Positions 62,601 through 64,000 of a DNA stretch of 64,000 nt are shown here, in pieces. This DNA is from an uncultured Sandaracinus sp. GTDB lineage: Bacteria > Myxococcota_A > Polyangia > Polyangiales > Sandaracinaceae. The stretch spans positions 1,096 to 65,095 of the forward strand of contig CAIKNO010000330.1 of NCBI GenBank assembly GCA_903828805.1, read 5' to 3'. The translations under genes and the position numbers were made by a program. The notes under the pieces are model-generated. The model saw nothing but the letters and a program-made list of their open reading frames with translations. It was not told the origin of the DNA and did no database searches. Positions within the stretch are counted from its first letter, which is position 1, and every line of letters begins with the position of its first letter.

Positions 62601-62704
62601 CGCCGCTGCTTGAGGGTCCGCGAAGGGCCGAAAGCGTCCCGGAACGAGCGGCCCTCAAGCGGGGCCCGAAGCGCGGCGTTCGCCCATCGAAACAAGCGTT
62701 CTGA
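59678..62704 (+). CDS. uvrA: Excinuclease ABC subunit A
   Basis: Track ORF 58736..62704 trimmed to ATG 59678. It has two ABC modules (GPSGSGKSSLAF, GPSGAGKSSLV, LSGGEAQRIRL, LSGGEAQRVKL). Zinc modules are CPDCNGLG, CEGCGG and CESCQGDG...CEVCGG. There is a ~40-aa basic N-terminal extension. Confidence 0.95.
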   Translation: MAKRTKGAAGGAGHVDAETTRRGRGAAGEDKPAAGIARAPETLEIVGAREHNLDIERLSIPKNALVVLTGPSGSGKSSLAFDTVYAEGQRRYVESLSSYARQFLGRLERPAVERLEGLSPTIAIEQKSATGNPRSTVGTITEIHDYLRVLWARAGTQHCIVCGEEVRGRSLDEIVADVLALPAGTRFLVLAPLVSQRKGEFREVFTELAGRGFARVRLDGAVHRLDALPTIDKKKKHDLDLVVDRLSCAVSDRARIADAIELALREGQGEVKVEPEGGARPMRFGTSRSCCGRAYPELAPTSFSFNSPLGMCPDCNGLGTCTEIDPSLVVPDPSLSIRQGAIAPWKTSMERGEGWTFRIVEAMAEATGVDLDAPFESLSSTLQGQVLHGLEGKKIRVNWGEEGTESHGSWGVRFQGVIPTLMRRYRDTTSERMREQHRRYLREVPCEGCGGSRLRAESRAVRVSGRGLDAVGRATVHDTAAWFRDGLALSPQARHIAEGVLREIESRLGFLVDVGLGYLTLDRAGPSLSGGEAQRIRLVSQLGSELSGVIYVLDEPSIGLHPRDNERLLGTLRHLRDLGNSVLVVEHDAETILAADHVIDFGPGAGRLGGKVVFEGPPSALAGATGSLTADHMSGRRSIAVPSSRRTPSGHLTIRGAREHNLKNVDVRVPLGCFVAITGPSGAGKSSLVDGILLPALARALHGASEPVGAHRTIEGLAGIDKVIAIDQRPIGRTPRSNAGTYTKAFDEIRTIFAALPDARARGWDAARFSFNVKGGRCESCQGDGLVKVEMHFLSDVYVTCEVCGGRRYDAETLSIRYKGKNIGDVLETSIAECLELFGSHPSLARILRTLCDVGLGYAHLGQPAPTLSGGEAQRVKLARELARTQTGRTLYLLDEPTTGLHFEDVRQLLGVLERLVEGGNTVVVVEHHLDVIKCADHVIDLGPEGGDAGGHVVATGTPEALCANPESITGPWLAPLLEGPRRAESVPERAALKRGPKRGVRPSKQAF

Positions 62705-62735
62705 GGCCCTCGGCGCGGGCCTCGCCGGGGCCTAC

Positions 62736-64000
62736 GTGTCACGGTGGAACCCGTGGCACGCGCACGCAGCACCTCCCAATCCACCCCTCGATCGAAGGCC
62801 GCCAAGGCGAAGGCCGCGACCGGAGACGCGTCGCTCGCGCCCGGCGCTGCGGTGGGGGTCGACGACGCGGCGTTGGTGCCCCCCGAACGACGCGGCTGAG
62901 GGCGCATCCCCGACCGACGTCGCCGCGCTTCCGGCGCAGGCGGAGGCCGCCCCGAAGGAGGCCCCGACGACCCCCGATCCGGGCCTCCTCACCCGCGCGA
63001 GGACCACGCCGCTGACCCGCGACGGGGTCGAGACCCTCGCGAAGTCCGCGTCCCCGGAGGCCCTCGAGGCGACGCTCTCGCTCGCCCTCGAGCAGCGGGA
63101 CCTGAAAGCGGCGACCGTGCTCGCCTTCGGAGTCGCGGCGGCGGGCACGCCGATCGACCCCGACCACGTCGCGCTGCTGCTCGCCGATCTCGATCCACGG
63201 GAGCGCGTGCCCGCCCTCCTGCGCGCGTGCCGCGGCGACGGCCTCGAGGTCATGCGGCGTGCGCTCGAGCTCGGACAGCTCAGCCACGATCGGGAGGCCG
63301 TCGTCGCCTTCGTGGCGTCGCGACAGCTCGGCGAACCGCCGTGGCCGAGCCCGTGGCCGGGCCTCCTTCGGAGCATCGCGCGCCACCCGCTCGGCGCCGA
63401 CGCGAGCGTGCTGCTGGGCAGCGCGATCCTGCGCTCGGGGGACCCGCACGCGCGGGAGATCGGAGCGACCGCCGTCGAGGCCGCCGAGGAGAGCCATGCG
63501 GGGGCCACGGTCGCGCGGTGGCTCGAGGGGTGGGAGCGGCCCCTCCTCGACGCCCTGCCGGACACCGAACCGCCGCGGGTCGTGACCGGCTACACGGTGC
63601 GGAAGGCGATCGCACGCCCCGGGCGCAACGACCTCTGTCACTGCGGCAGCGGCAAGAAATACAAGCGCTGCCACGCCCCGCTCGACGACGCCGAAGAGCG
63701 CACTGCCGAGGCGCCCCACGTCGACCTCACGAAGCTGAGCGCGACGGACGTCGAAGGGATGCGCATCCAGGAAGTGCTCGGGCTGCCCCTCGACCGGCTG
63801 CAACGGCCGGCCCTCCTCGCGGCGACCCGCCAGCTCCGCGCCTATCACCGCTGGACGGACACCGAGCGTGCCCTCGAGGTCCTCGCCGCACAGACCGAGG
63901 GCGAGGCCGGGTTCCTCGAGGTCGACGAGCTGCGGGTGGACCTCATCGAGGAGGCCCTGCGGATGGCGGTCGTCGACGTGGTCGACCGTCAGCTCGCGCA
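62736..64000 (+). CDS. SEC-C motif (SecA-type metal-binding) domain protein; 3' end beyond window, 5' end unresolved
   Basis: Not in the ORF track. My translation of the frame with codon starts divisible by 3 is open from 62700 to the window end. From about 62890 it is protein-like (LTRDGVETLAKSASPEALEATLSLALEQ...) and contains GRNDLCHCGSGKKYKRCH at about 63621-63674. The only in-frame start upstream is GTG 62736, but the first ~50 codons look off-frame. Confidence 0.6.
   Translation, partial: MSRWNPWHAHAAPPNPPLDRRPPRRRPRPETRRSRPALRWGSTTRRWCPPNDAAEGASPTDVAALPAQAEAAPKEAPTTPDPGLLTRARTTPLTRDGVETLAKSASPEALEATLSLALEQRDLKAATVLAFGVAAAGTPIDPDHVALLLADLDPRERVPALLRACRGDGLEVMRRALELGQLSHDREAVVAFVASRQLGEPPWPSPWPGLLRSIARHPLGADASVLLGSAILRSGDPHAREIGATAVEAAEESHAGATVARWLEGWERPLLDALPDTEPPRVVTGYTVRKAIARPGRNDLCHCGSGKKYKRCHAPLDDAEERTAEAPHVDLTKLSATDVEGMRIQEVLGLPLDRLQRPALLAATRQLRAYHRWTDTERALEVLAAQTEGEAGFLEVDELRVDLIEEALRMAVVDVVDRQLA

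Noticed and set aside
62732-63848. Minus-strand ORFs 62732..63565 (277 aa) and 62739..63848 (369 aa).
   Set aside because: They are Arg/Gly/Pro-rich and antisense to the plus-strand frame, which carries an unmistakable SEC-C motif (CHCGSGKKYKRCH) and protein-like sequence.

Overview
This is a high-GC chromosomal segment (about 70% GC by eye, not computed). It carries Myxococcota-type hallmarks: a MYXO-CTERM-like tail, DUF4266 and DUF3570 genes, a TatT-type (TPAT) TRAP transporter, many lipoproteins, and frequent GTG starts overlapping TGA stops. After trimming the six-frame track I support 51 protein-coding genes. Most long Arg/Pro/Gly/Ala-rich ORFs in the track are off-frame or antisense artefacts of the GC content. 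Two genes are missing from the track because they run off the window: a vWA gene at 1-940 (minus) and a SEC-C gene at 62736-64000 (plus). I saw no rRNA, tRNA, CRISPR array, transposase, integrase or phage genes. Housekeeping genes recognised with confidence are fbp, ahpC, ahpF, dapF, nadE, pip, uvrA, an M32 carboxypeptidase, an acyl-CoA ligase, a NupC-family transporter and MFS transporters. The best candidate for an undescribed system is a divergent block at 36665-44316. It encodes eight exported proteins, and five of them carry CxxCH (one Cx4CH) heme-c-type motifs in a Planctomycete-cytochrome-like context. The block appears to be a disassembled version of the uncharacterised DUF1592/DUF1588 plus Tat-partner gene pair, bracketed by two paralogous cytochrome-like lipoproteins and seeded by a DUF4266 lipoprotein. 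Other notable items: a pectin-acetylesterase-like / TonB_C-fused TonB-dependent receptor / lipoprotein operon; a TPAT TRAP transporter whose fused permease ends in three Cys-pair repeats and sits upstream of a GMC oxidoreductase; a sigma-54-like promoter plus terminator hairpin that could define a ~55-nt sRNA or attenuator at 9185-9264; an HDOD / REC-REC-STAS / DUF4388-HDOD signalling trio; a PAP2 pseudo-phosphatase; a Grx-IscA-like-rhodanese fusion; and a possible frameshift at a C6 run at the start of the SEC-C gene. All family assignments come from motif recognition by eye. No database search was run.
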